Assembly (NCBI GenBank): GCA_963836075.1
Contig: CAWIIB010000001.1
Coordinates: forward strand, 384,001 to 448,000
Origin: an uncultured Acidobacteriota bacterium
Lineage (GTDB): Bacteria > Acidobacteriota > JAQAZP01
Reading direction: 5' to 3'
DNA length: 64,000 nucleotides
Both the position numbers and the translations under genes were made by a program. Position 1 is the stretch's first letter. Every line of letters starts with the position of its first letter. The notes beneath the pieces were generated by a model. It saw nothing but the letters and a program-made list of their open reading frames with translations, made no database searches and had not been told where the DNA came from. Shown here one piece after another: positions 45,057-53,744 of the stretch.

Positions 45057-46694
45057 CTAGTTCACCGTGCAGGTGTAAACGTTGTCGTCGTTCACCGACG
45101 GGTCGGAGGCCAGCTCCACAAAAAAGTGGATCGTACTGACCGTCCCCGTGGTGGCGTCAACGGGAACCGAAAAATCGATGGAACAGGCATTGGGCCCGGG
45201 ATCCAGGGGACGGGTTATGACGGTGTCCCAGCTGACACAGAGGCCGGGGACACAGTAGGCATTCTCCCAGTCGGCCGGGGTGCTGGTGGCCCTGAACGTG
45301 AAGTCAACCGCCGTATCGTAGTGGTTGGTGACCACAATGTCGATGACCACGTATTCGCCAGGGTTTCCGGTGACGTCTTTCACTTCGGATTCAATGGTCA
45401 CCCCGGTGCCGCCGCCGGTCTCCACGGTGAAGTCCCGGTAGTCGGGCGTGGGGTCGATGTTGCCCGAACTGTCCTGGGCCCGGACCCAGAAGCGGTGAGC
45501 ACCATCGGCAAGGCCGGTGTAGGTGGCCATGGTGCTGCCGCTCCAGGCCGACCAGGCGCCTCCGTCCATCCGGTGCTGGAAGACCAGCGCGGAGGCCGGA
45601 TCGGTGTCGTCGCTGCCGGTGAAGGTGAAGTCCACGTCGGCGTAATCGATGGTGCCGCTGGGCCCGGAGGTGATCATCGTTTCCGGCGGGATGACATCCG
45701 GGGGTTCGCCGGTGTCCACGGTGAAGTCCCGTGTGGCAGGTGTCTGATCGACGTTGCCCGAGGTGTCCCGGGCCCGCACGGAGAAGGTGTGGTCCCCTTC
45801 GGATACGCTGTAGTTGGCGGTAGTGTTGCCGCTGTAGGATGACCAGGCGCCGTTGTCCATCTTGTGCGAGTAGACCAGGTCGGCCGTGGAATCCTCGTTG
45901 TCGCTGCCGGTGTAGGTGAAGGTCACGTTGGTGTAGTCGATGATCCCGCTGGGCCCCGAAGTGATCACCGTTTCAGGCGGGATGATGTCGCCGCCGCCGG
46001 TGGTGTCCACGGTGAATGTCCGCGTTGCCGGGCTGGGATCCACATTGCCGGCGGTGTCCCGGGCCCGCACCTCGAAGGTGTGAGAGCCGTCGGCCAGACC
46101 GGTGAAGGTGGTGCTGCTGTCGCCGCCGTAGCTGGACCAGCCGCCAAAGTCGATCCGCCAGGAGTAGACCAGGTCAGCGGTCTGATCGGTGTCGTCGGTG
46201 CCGGTCCACTCGAAATAGACGTCGCCGGTGTTCACCGTACCCTCGGGGCCGTCCACGATCTGCGTCTCCGGCGGGGTGATGTCTCCCTCGCTGCTGGTAT
46301 TGACGGTGAAGGTGCGCTCGGCCGGTGTGGGGTCCACCAGGCCGGCCCGGTTCCGTGCCCGGACCTTGAAGGTGTAGGTCCCGTCGGGCAGACCGCTGTA
46401 GGTGGCCATGGTGGAATTGTCGTACTCGCTCCACGCGCTGTCCTGGGGCTGCAGGATCCAGGAGAACATCAGGTCCCCAGGTTCGTCATTGGGATCGGTG
46501 CCGCTGAAGGTGAAGGTGACGTCACCGCTGGTGACGGTTCCTTCGGGACCCGAATCGATGGTGGTCTCCGGGAACTCCTCCCCCTCACCGGGGTCGGTGG
46601 GCGAGTCGTCGCAGTCGGTACAACAGCCGAATGGCAGACTCATGGCCAGCAGCAGGAATATAACCATAAAAAAACGTTGCCAACTTTTAGTCAT
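45057..46694 (-). CDS. Lipoprotein with four tandem Ig-like (~95-aa) repeats
   Basis: Lipobox LPFGC; 4x PET.I..GP.G......V.F...G.D..D...DL.(F/Y)...W..Y...G.(H/Y)TF.VRA...G.VD.TPA.R.FTV. Confidence 0.85.
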   Translation of the reverse strand: MTKSWQRFFMVIFLLLAMSLPFGCCTDCDDSPTDPGEGEEFPETTIDSGPEGTVTSGDVTFTFSGTDPNDEPGDLMFSWILQPQDSAWSEYDNSTMATYSGLPDGTYTFKVRARNRAGLVDPTPAERTFTVNTSSEGDITPPETQIVDGPEGTVNTGDVYFEWTGTDDTDQTADLVYSWRIDFGGWSSYGGDSSTTFTGLADGSHTFEVRARDTAGNVDPSPATRTFTVDTTGGGDIIPPETVITSGPSGIIDYTNVTFTYTGSDNEDSTADLVYSHKMDNGAWSSYSGNTTANYSVSEGDHTFSVRARDTSGNVDQTPATRDFTVDTGEPPDVIPPETMITSGPSGTIDYADVDFTFTGSDDTDPASALVFQHRMDGGAWSAWSGSTMATYTGLADGAHRFWVRAQDSSGNIDPTPDYRDFTVETGGGTGVTIESEVKDVTGNPGEYVVIDIVVTNHYDTAVDFTFRATSTPADWENAYCVPGLCVSWDTVITRPLDPGPNACSIDFSVPVDATTGTVSTIHFFVELASDPSVNDDNVYTCTVN

Positions 46695-46903
46695 CGGGAC
46701 TCAGCTCCTCTCGCTCCAACCGGGAAACGCCTGGCCACACCATAGCCCCTTACCCGGGGGCCAGGGCAACACAGACGCAGTCTTTAACCACCCTGCGCTG
46801 AAGGATAGCACAGCCCACACCACGCATCAATAACCGTATTGACAACAATGGTTTTCCCGGCAAATAATCGATTGAATCAGGTGGATATAGTGAGGTGCCG
46901 GCG

Positions 46904-47563
46904 ATGGAACACGAACAGCGCACCGCTCTGGTGATCCTCGATTTCGACGGCACCCTGGTGGACACCCGGGACGACATCGTCGACGGGATCAACCAGGCCC
47001 TGGACGACCTCGGCCTTCCCCGGCGGCCGGGTCCCGAGATCGCCGGCTTTATCGGCCGCGGGGTGGAGACCCTGGCGGCGCTCAGCCTGCCCCCCGGTCG
47101 TGATGACCTGCTGCTTCCCATGCTGGAGCGGTTCCGAGTCCGCTACGGCAGCTGCTTCGACCAGACCGCCAGACTCTATCCCGGCGTGCCGGAGGGTCTG
47201 GAGACCATGAGACAGCGGGACGTTCAGCTGGCGGTGGCCTCCAACAAGCCTTCGCTGTTCCTGGTCAAGCTGCTGGAGAAGTTCGATCTGCGGTCCCGGT
47301 TCATGGCGGTGCTGGGCGGGGACTCCATGGACCGCAAAAAACCCGATCCCTGGTCCGTCCGCCATATCTGCACCTTGAGCCGGGTGCCGCCGGAACAGAC
47401 CCTGATGGTGGGAGACATGCGCTACGACGTGGAGACCGGGGTCAATGCCGGGACCAGAACTTGCGGCGTCCTCTACGGCTACGGGTCGGCGGAGGAACTG
47501 CGCGACGCCGGAGCCGACCACCTGGCGCCGTCATTCCCCGACGTCCTGCCGCTGGTTCACTGA
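46904..47563 (+). CDS. HAD-superfamily hydrolase (phosphoglycolate phosphatase-like)
   Basis: DFDGTLVDT, ASNK, KKPDP, MVGDMRYD. Confidence 0.88.
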   Translation: MEHEQRTALVILDFDGTLVDTRDDIVDGINQALDDLGLPRRPGPEIAGFIGRGVETLAALSLPPGRDDLLLPMLERFRVRYGSCFDQTARLYPGVPEGLETMRQRDVQLAVASNKPSLFLVKLLEKFDLRSRFMAVLGGDSMDRKKPDPWSVRHICTLSRVPPEQTLMVGDMRYDVETGVNAGTRTCGVLYGYGSAEELRDAGADHLAPSFPDVLPLVH

Positions 47564-47579
47564 GCGTCCGGCCCGCAAC

Positions 47580-48257
47580 TCACAGCCCGAGGCCCCGGGC
47601 CAGTTTCCTCAGCCAGGGCAGGCTGTTCACCGCCTGGATCAGCGACTCATGCTCCAGCACCGCCAGCTCGGGCAGCGGGATAACCGAGCGCTCCAGATAG
47701 TGTCCCACCCGGCCCTGCCCCATGGCGCACCACTGGTCCTGCTGCTGCTCCGCGGTGGGGCAGTCAATGAGGTGCAGGATGTAACGGACCCCGGCCAGCC
47801 GGGTGAACAGGCGGTCGGCAAACCGGCCGGCATCACGCTCATCGGTGTTCTTGAACAGGCGGGGCAGGTCGAAAACCGGGATTGCCCCGGAGCTCCGGCA
47901 GTGGTCGAGCCACGCATGATACTCGTCGGCCGGGGTGCCGAAGGGTGAGAACTCCCAGGCCGCCCGGCCGGTGCGCGGCACGATCTGCTGGACCGGGTAG
48001 TGTCCGATCACCGCCGTGTCCGGCTGCGCAATGCGGTCCAGCGCCGCCAGCGTCGCGGGGTCCGTTTCCGGGGGCAGATGGACCGCCAGCAGCAGGCCGG
48101 TTTCTTTCAGCGTGCCGCACCATTTCTCAAGGAGCTCCTCCCCGGCGGCACGCTCATTGTTCAGATAGAGCTGGATGCCGTCGAAGCCCCTGTCCGCGGC
48201 CAGGGAGGCCAATTCGAACAGGTCAAAACCGGTGGGACTGTTGATCAGACATTTCAT
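47580..48257 (-). CDS. Hypothetical protein, possible xylose isomerase-like TIM barrel
   Basis: GFDGIQL, AVH, WE, FD, LHLID, G.G, VLE spacing resembles AP-endonuclease-2-type barrels, but the match is degenerate. Confidence 0.55.
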   Translation of the reverse strand: MKCLINSPTGFDLFELASLAADRGFDGIQLYLNNERAAGEELLEKWCGTLKETGLLLAVHLPPETDPATLAALDRIAQPDTAVIGHYPVQQIVPRTGRAAWEFSPFGTPADEYHAWLDHCRSSGAIPVFDLPRLFKNTDERDAGRFADRLFTRLAGVRYILHLIDCPTAEQQQDQWCAMGQGRVGHYLERSVIPLPELAVLEHESLIQAVNSLPWLRKLARGLGL

Positions 48258-48334
48258 TGTACCGTTGCCACCATCAGAAGGATCTTTGATAATCTAGCAG
48301 TACCACAGTATATTATTCGGGGAGGAGACGGCAA

Positions 48335-48808
48335 ATGGATAAAAAACGACTTGATCACATTGATCAGAAGATTCTCGTCATTCTCCAGGACATGGGTCGG
48401 ATCACCAACGCCCAGCTGTCCGCCGAGGTGGGCCTCTCCCCTTCCCGAACGCTGGAGCGGGTCAGGCGACTGGAGAACCGCGGTGTGATCCGGAAGTATG
48501 TGGCCCTGGTGGATCCCGAGGTGCTGGACCGCGGCACCCTGGCCTATGTCCAGGTCTCGCTCTCCCGCCACGGCATCAGCGCCATCCACCGCTTCCTCGA
48601 GGCGATCCGCGAGATTCCGGAGGTGCTGGAGTGCCACCACATTGCCGGTGACTTCGACTACCTGCTGAAGGTCAGGGTGAAGAACATTCCCGCATACCAG
48701 GAGTTCGCCCTGCAGCGTCTAACCTCCCTCGACGGCATCCGCACCTTCGAGACCTACTTTGTCCTGGGCACCGAAAAGCAGGAAACCTCCCTGCCCGTAG
48801 CGGAGTGA
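48335..48808 (+). CDS. Lrp/AsnC-family transcriptional regulator
   Basis: LDHIDQKIL..LQ..GRITNAQLS..VGLSPS...RVRRLE..GVI, ECHHIAGDFDYLLKV. Confidence 0.94.
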   Translation: MDKKRLDHIDQKILVILQDMGRITNAQLSAEVGLSPSRTLERVRRLENRGVIRKYVALVDPEVLDRGTLAYVQVSLSRHGISAIHRFLEAIREIPEVLECHHIAGDFDYLLKVRVKNIPAYQEFALQRLTSLDGIRTFETYFVLGTEKQETSLPVAE

Positions 48809-48821
48809 AGCGTGGCTGCAT

Positions 48822-48852
48822 AAAAAAAGCCCGCCGGTGGCCGGCGGGCTTT
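48822..48852. terminator. Intrinsic terminator between convergent genes
   Basis: A7-GCCCGCCGG-TGG-CCGGCGGGC-TTT. Confidence 0.75.
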
Positions 48853-48876
48853 AGAACGCTCAACGATGAACGTGCG

Positions 48877-50547
48877 CTACCTCATGGTGCCGAGATAGGT
48901 GGTGGTCAGCTGCTTTTCCTTGGTGTGGGCCAGGGTGTAGTCGGGGAGCAGCATCGGTGCCACGCGGGTGGTCTCGATTCCCGAGTCGTCGATCTCCTGG
49001 TTGTACTTCGCCACGTGTTCCAGGGTCAGCGAACCATCCTTCGCGCCATCGGCGGCAAACTTCGCCGCGTTCTCACCGGCAATGCGGCCGAAGACCATGA
49101 TGTCCAGCAGCGAGTTTCCCATCAGCCGGTTCTGGCCGTGGATGCCGCCGCCCACCTCGCCGGCCACGTAGAGACCGGGCAGCTCGGTGCTGCCGTCGCT
49201 CTTGAACTCCAGGCCGCCGTTCTGGTAGTGCAGGGTGGGGAAGATCAGCATCGGCTCCTTGGAGATGTCGATGCCGAACCTTTTGTAAAGGATGAACTTG
49301 CCCGGGAACTCCTTCTCCACCGTCCCCGGCCCCACCAGGTCGTCGATCATCGGCGAATCGAGCCAGACGCCGAACTTGCCGGTGGGTGTGGGCACGCCCT
49401 TGCCCACCTCGGTGCACTCGCGGATGATCGAGGCCGCTTCCACGTCGCGGGGCTCGCGCTCGTTGACGAACTGGTGGCCCTCGATGTTCACCAGGTTGGC
49501 CCCGGCGCCGCGGAATTTTTCGGTGATCAGGATACCCTCGGCCTGTTCGGGGAAGACCACGCCGGTGGGGTGATACTGCACCGTGTGCAGGAAGCAGACC
49601 TTCACGCCGGCGCGATAGGCCATGATGATGCCGTCGGCCGTGGCGCCGTAGTGGTTGGTGGTCATGAAGTTCTGCACGTGCAGCCTGCCGCTGCCGCCGG
49701 TGGCCATCACCACCGCCCGGGCCTTGACCAGGGTGTATTCCTCGGTCTCCATGTTGTAGAGCACCGCCCCGGCGCACTGCCCGTGCTCGTTGAGCACCAG
49801 CTCCACCGCCGGCGAGAACTCGATTACCGAGATATCGCCGCTGCGGTTGCGCGCCTCATCGCGCACCGTGCGCATGATCTCCGCACCGGTGATGTCGGCA
49901 GCGTAGTGCATCCGCTTGCGCGAGGTCCCGCCGCCGTGGATCGTCTCCAGGGTGCCGTCCGGTTTCTTGGTGAAGTTGCAGCCGTGGTGCTCCAGCCACT
50001 TGATGGCGTCGGGGGCCTGATTGACCAGGGTCTCCACCAGCTCGGGCGTGTTCTTGAAGTGTCCGCCGCCCATCACGTCGAGGTAGTGGTAATAGGGCGA
50101 GTCCTTGCCCACCTTGGTCGCCGCCTGGATACCGCCCTCGGCCATCATGGTGTTGGCGTCGCCGTGGCGCAGCTTGGTGGCCAGGATCACCCTGGCGCCC
50201 TTCTCCTGGGCCAGCAGGGCCGCCGCGGTACCGGCACCGCCCCCGCCGATCACCAGCACGTCGGTCTCGTGGGCCGCCATGGAGAGATCGATCATCTCCG
50301 GGTTGACCCGGCTGCGCGCCTCCAGAAGGTCCACCACCTCGTGGGCAATGTGATAGCCCTTGCTGGGACCGATCTTGATTTCCCGCCGGCCCTCCTCCTT
50401 GAAGTCGGGGTGGTAGTCGAGGCGTTTCTTCCGCTCGTCCAGGTCGAGGAAAGGCACTTCCTCGCCGGCTTTCTTCTTGGCCACCCGTTCGGGCCTGGTT
50501 TGCTCAACGACCTTGATCAGCTCTTTCAATGATTCAGGGTAAGGCAT
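48877..50547 (-). CDS. Fumarate reductase/succinate dehydrogenase-superfamily flavoprotein (TfrA-like, non-covalent FAD)
   Basis: VIGGGGAG, AEGG, LATK/MATGG, QYHPTG, LITEKFRG, EPRD, HYQNGG, HGQNRLMGNSL; the covalent-FAD His position reads ANT. Confidence 0.85.
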   Translation of the reverse strand: MPYPESLKELIKVVEQTRPERVAKKKAGEEVPFLDLDERKKRLDYHPDFKEEGRREIKIGPSKGYHIAHEVVDLLEARSRVNPEMIDLSMAAHETDVLVIGGGGAGTAAALLAQEKGARVILATKLRHGDANTMMAEGGIQAATKVGKDSPYYHYLDVMGGGHFKNTPELVETLVNQAPDAIKWLEHHGCNFTKKPDGTLETIHGGGTSRKRMHYAADITGAEIMRTVRDEARNRSGDISVIEFSPAVELVLNEHGQCAGAVLYNMETEEYTLVKARAVVMATGGSGRLHVQNFMTTNHYGATADGIIMAYRAGVKVCFLHTVQYHPTGVVFPEQAEGILITEKFRGAGANLVNIEGHQFVNEREPRDVEAASIIRECTEVGKGVPTPTGKFGVWLDSPMIDDLVGPGTVEKEFPGKFILYKRFGIDISKEPMLIFPTLHYQNGGLEFKSDGSTELPGLYVAGEVGGGIHGQNRLMGNSLLDIMVFGRIAGENAAKFAADGAKDGSLTLEHVAKYNQEIDDSGIETTRVAPMLLPDYTLAHTKEKQLTTTYLGTMR

Positions 50548-50617
50548 CTTTTTTCACCTGCTGTGCGCGCTCGCGCTCGAAATTCCGAAACGGCGTCAAC
50601 CTCGTGCCGCAACCGGT

Positions 50618-51373
50618 TCAGAGATAGCTGGGGTCCGCGGGTTTCCAGTCCTCCTGGGACATGTGAGGCTCCTGCTGCCGGTTCTGGTAGAGGTCCTTCA
50701 TCGTCTCCTCGTCCATGGTCTTCAGCTTTTCGATACCCTCGTCGAACTTGCCGGCGGCGATGTTCTCCACCATGGCCTTCAGGTGCTCGGCCCGCGGGGA
50801 GATCTTGCTGCCGTAGATCCGGCGCACCATCTGGGCGATGTGATACTGGGCCATCTCCGCCATGCAGCGGGATGTGCAGAGGCCGCACTGGATGCAGTCG
50901 AAGGAGAGCTCGTTGGCCTTCTTCAGGTCTCCCTGCTTGATCGCCGACACGTAGTCCATCACCTGGACGTCCATGGGGCAGACCTTGGTGCAGGCGTTGC
51001 AGGCCACGCAGCGGAAGAGCTCGGGATAGAGTTTGTGCACCTCGGTGGCGTCGGCGCTGATCTCCTCGAAGTTGTAGCTCGACCTGATGGCGGGGAAGAA
51101 CGGGATCTGGGTCAGATACATATCCGGTTCCACCACCGTCTGGCAGGCCAGCCCCACCCGGATGTGGTAGTCGCCGGGCTTGCGGTAGACCGTGCCGCAG
51201 GCGCCGCAGATGCCGCCGCGGCAGCCGCAGCCGCGGATGTATTTGTACCCGGCATATTCGAGGGCCTTCATGATGGTCAGGGAGTCGGGCACGTCATAGC
51301 GCTTGCCCATGACATAGATGGGAATCAGTTCGGCGTCCATGCCCTCGGTGGTTTTGGCGGTTTCGTCGCTCAT
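50618..51373 (-). CDS. Iron-sulfur subunit (2Fe-2S + 2x4Fe-4S; SdhB/TfrB-N-like)
   Basis: CGCRGGICGAC...LAC, CVACNACTKVCP, CIQCGLCTSRC. Confidence 0.85.
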   Translation of the reverse strand: MSDETAKTTEGMDAELIPIYVMGKRYDVPDSLTIMKALEYAGYKYIRGCGCRGGICGACGTVYRKPGDYHIRVGLACQTVVEPDMYLTQIPFFPAIRSSYNFEEISADATEVHKLYPELFRCVACNACTKVCPMDVQVMDYVSAIKQGDLKKANELSFDCIQCGLCTSRCMAEMAQYHIAQMVRRIYGSKISPRAEHLKAMVENIAAGKFDEGIEKLKTMDEETMKDLYQNRQQEPHMSQEDWKPADPSYL

Positions 51374-51435
51374 CTGGACCTCTTGGTAGTATGAAGTACT
51401 GACTATCTACTCAAAAATAAAGCTCGGCAACCGGT

Positions 51436-52320
51436 TCAGGCGCTGCGGATGAACTTCCGGCTGTCCAGCAATTCCCTCGAAGCGGGTTCGTTCAGTTCGA
51501 AACGGCAGACCTTTTCCTCCAGGCCCAGGGCCACGGCCAGCAACTGGGTGAAGTAGTAGGTGGGTATCCCCTCGAACCCCTCGGACTTCGCGGCCATGGC
51601 CTCCTGTTTCCGTCCCAGGTTGAACTCGCAGAGCGGGCAGCTGGAGACCAGGGCCTCGGCCCCGTGCGAGCGGGCGGAATGGAGTACGTGGCGAGCGCTG
51701 TTCAGCGCCTCCTCGGGGTGACTCACCATGGTGTACGAACTGCAGCAGTCGACGGAGGCGGGAAAGGAGACCGCTTCGGCCCCCAGGGCCTCGATGAACT
51801 CCTTGAACAGGGTCGGCCGGTCGGTGGGTTCGATGGCCACCTCTCGGGGTCGAAGGAGTGTGCAGCCGTAGTATGGCGCCACCTTCAGCCCGGTGAGCGG
51901 CACCTTGACCTTTTCCCGCACGGTGTCCCAGCCCACGGTGTCGCGGAGGAAGGGCAGGAGGTGCAATACCTCCACATCCCCCTCGTAGTCCGGTTCCTCT
52001 TCCATGAAGCTGTTGATGGTGAACCGTTTTTCCTCATCCTCGCGCATCACCTGGTTGGCCCGGGCCAGGGTGTTGTAGCACATGGAACAGGCGGTGAGCA
52101 CCTGGTTCTCGCCCTGCTCCCGGACGCGGATCAGGTCGCGCACCGGTGCCAGGAGGTTGATCAGGTTGTCATCGGCCAGGGAGAAGACCGCTCCGCAGCA
52201 GTTCCAGCGGGGCAGTTCCACAAGGGAAACACCCAGGGCTTCGAGGGCGGCCACGGCCGTGCGGTCGAGGTTGGCGGCCTTGGTTTTCAGGGTGCAACCG
52301 GGATAGTAGCTAACGTTCAT
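51436..52320 (-). CDS. Heterodisulfide reductase subunit B-like CCG-domain protein
   Basis: YYPGC, WNCCG, CSMC, YYGC.LLRP, DCCS, SCPLC.FNL, YFTQLL. Confidence 0.9.
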   Translation of the reverse strand: MNVSYYPGCTLKTKAANLDRTAVAALEALGVSLVELPRWNCCGAVFSLADDNLINLLAPVRDLIRVREQGENQVLTACSMCYNTLARANQVMREDEEKRFTINSFMEEEPDYEGDVEVLHLLPFLRDTVGWDTVREKVKVPLTGLKVAPYYGCTLLRPREVAIEPTDRPTLFKEFIEALGAEAVSFPASVDCCSSYTMVSHPEEALNSARHVLHSARSHGAEALVSSCPLCEFNLGRKQEAMAAKSEGFEGIPTYYFTQLLAVALGLEEKVCRFELNEPASRELLDSRKFIRSA

Positions 52321-52329
52321 CGTCACCCC

Positions 52330-52743
52330 TCATGACGTGTGCCGGCGGAAACAGCTGACCATGGCTATCTGCGGCATCTCCTCGAGCTGCTCCTCGGGAA
52401 TCTCCGAAGGCTCGATGTGGTTCTCGTTGGTGCGGAGCGTCAGCATCCGGGCGGCTTCCATCACCTTGGTCAGGTCGATCCCCCGCGGGCAGCTGACCGT
52501 ACAGCTCTGGCAGGTGGCACAGAGCCAGATCATCTTCGAGTCTTCCACACTCTTCTTCTGACCGTAGTGTGAGAAGAGGATGATCTGCCGCGGCGGAACG
52601 TCGGAGCTGTCGGTCATCGGACAGGCCGCGGTACAGGTGCCGCACTGCATGCATTTGTGGAAGTTCTCCCCGCTGATTTCCTCCAGTTTCCTGACGAATT
52701 CCTCGTCATACGTGCGATCCGATATTTCAATTCCCACAAGCAC
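52330..52743 (-). CDS. Heterodisulfide reductase subunit C-like 2x4Fe-4S protein
   Basis: CMQCGTCTAACP, IWLCATCQSCTVSCPRGID. Confidence 0.88.
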   Translation of the reverse strand: MLVGIEISDRTYDEEFVRKLEEISGENFHKCMQCGTCTAACPMTDSSDVPPRQIILFSHYGQKKSVEDSKMIWLCATCQSCTVSCPRGIDLTKVMEAARMLTLRTNENHIEPSEIPEEQLEEMPQIAMVSCFRRHTS

Positions 52744-53011
52744 ACCTCGTTTGGAACGTCCTGAAATCCTCGCGGTTCAGGGCCTGAGGACAGTGTGCCC
52801 CGACCCCGAAGGCCATCCGCTGCAACATCACGTGCAACACGAAACGCATCAAACTGAGTATCTTACTGACCTTGGCCGTCCTGTCAAGACTCGTCCCTGT
52901 TACATGCGTTTATTCAGTTGTTTACAAAATTGGTCATGGGACGCGGAGCCCGGAATGCCACCAGTGGCGGGGAACAGTGGTGCAGCATTTCCGCCCGGGA
53001 GCGTCGGGACC

Positions 53012-53716
53012 CTAGACCCCCCGGACCAGGATCCGGTCGAAGTGTGGAGCGCAGATACTGTCCAGTTGCCGCACCTCGGCAGCAGACAGCGGCTGCAGAG
53101 CGGCGGAGGCGGGATCGAGAGTGACGGCGGGACGGAATTGCTGCAGCACGTAGGTGCCCGGCCCGCCCACCCAGCGGCAGATCTCGGGCAGCTGGTCCGC
53201 TCCGGCCAACCCCGGCACCAGGGTGGTGCGCAGTTCGTAGTCAACCTCCCGACTGCGCAGGACGCCGGCGCTCTCCCCCACCGGCCCGGGATCCCCCGGG
53301 CCGCCGGTGGCCAGGCCATACAGCCCGGGTGGCGCCTTGATGTCCAGGGCGACGAAATCCACCAGGCCCTCGTCCAGCAGGTGGTCCAACCGACCGGGAA
53401 AGGAACCGTTGGTGTCCAGCTTCACCGCCGCTCCGGTCTCATCCTTCACCCGGCGCAGGAACTGGCTCAACCCGGCCTGCATCAGCGGCTCGCCACCGCT
53501 GATGCAGAGGCCGTCCACCAGCCCCTTCCTCCGGACCAGCAGGCTGAGCACTTCTTCGGGGTCCACCGGTTCAGGCGGCCGCCCCGGGGGAACCATTCCG
53601 GGGTTGTGACAGAACCCGCAGCGGTAGTTGCAGCCCTGAAAAAAAATGGAACAGGCCACCCGGGAAGGGAAATCAACCAGGGTGGTCTTGATCATGCCGC
53701 CGATGGCAACGGTCAT
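53012..53716 (-). CDS. nrdG: Anaerobic ribonucleotide reductase activating enzyme (radical SAM)
   Basis: LVDFP, GCNYRCGFCHNP, ISGGEP, KLDTNGS, DIKAP, YELRTT; directly downstream of nrdD. Confidence 0.9.
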   Translation of the reverse strand: MTVAIGGMIKTTLVDFPSRVACSIFFQGCNYRCGFCHNPGMVPPGRPPEPVDPEEVLSLLVRRKGLVDGLCISGGEPLMQAGLSQFLRRVKDETGAAVKLDTNGSFPGRLDHLLDEGLVDFVALDIKAPPGLYGLATGGPGDPGPVGESAGVLRSREVDYELRTTLVPGLAGADQLPEICRWVGGPGTYVLQQFRPAVTLDPASAALQPLSAAEVRQLDSICAPHFDRILVRGV

Positions 53717-53744
53717 CTAGGCCCTCCACCGGCATGATCCAGGG

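Noticed and set aside
39942-46694. DNA-level repeats as a CRISPR array or DGR template/variable repeats
   Set aside because: The repeats are degenerate, in-frame protein repeats with no unique spacers; no cas or reverse transcriptase gene is present.
48877-51373. Calling the pair sdhAB/frdAB, or the flavoprotein nadB
   Set aside because: No covalent-FAD His, no membrane anchor genes and no nadA/nadC; the context is HdrBC-like, so no gene symbol was assigned.
52905-52930. Rex-like operator (TTATTCAGTTGTTTACAA) upstream of the hdrC-like gene
   Set aside because: Too many mismatches to TTGTGAAnnnnTTCACAA to support by eye.
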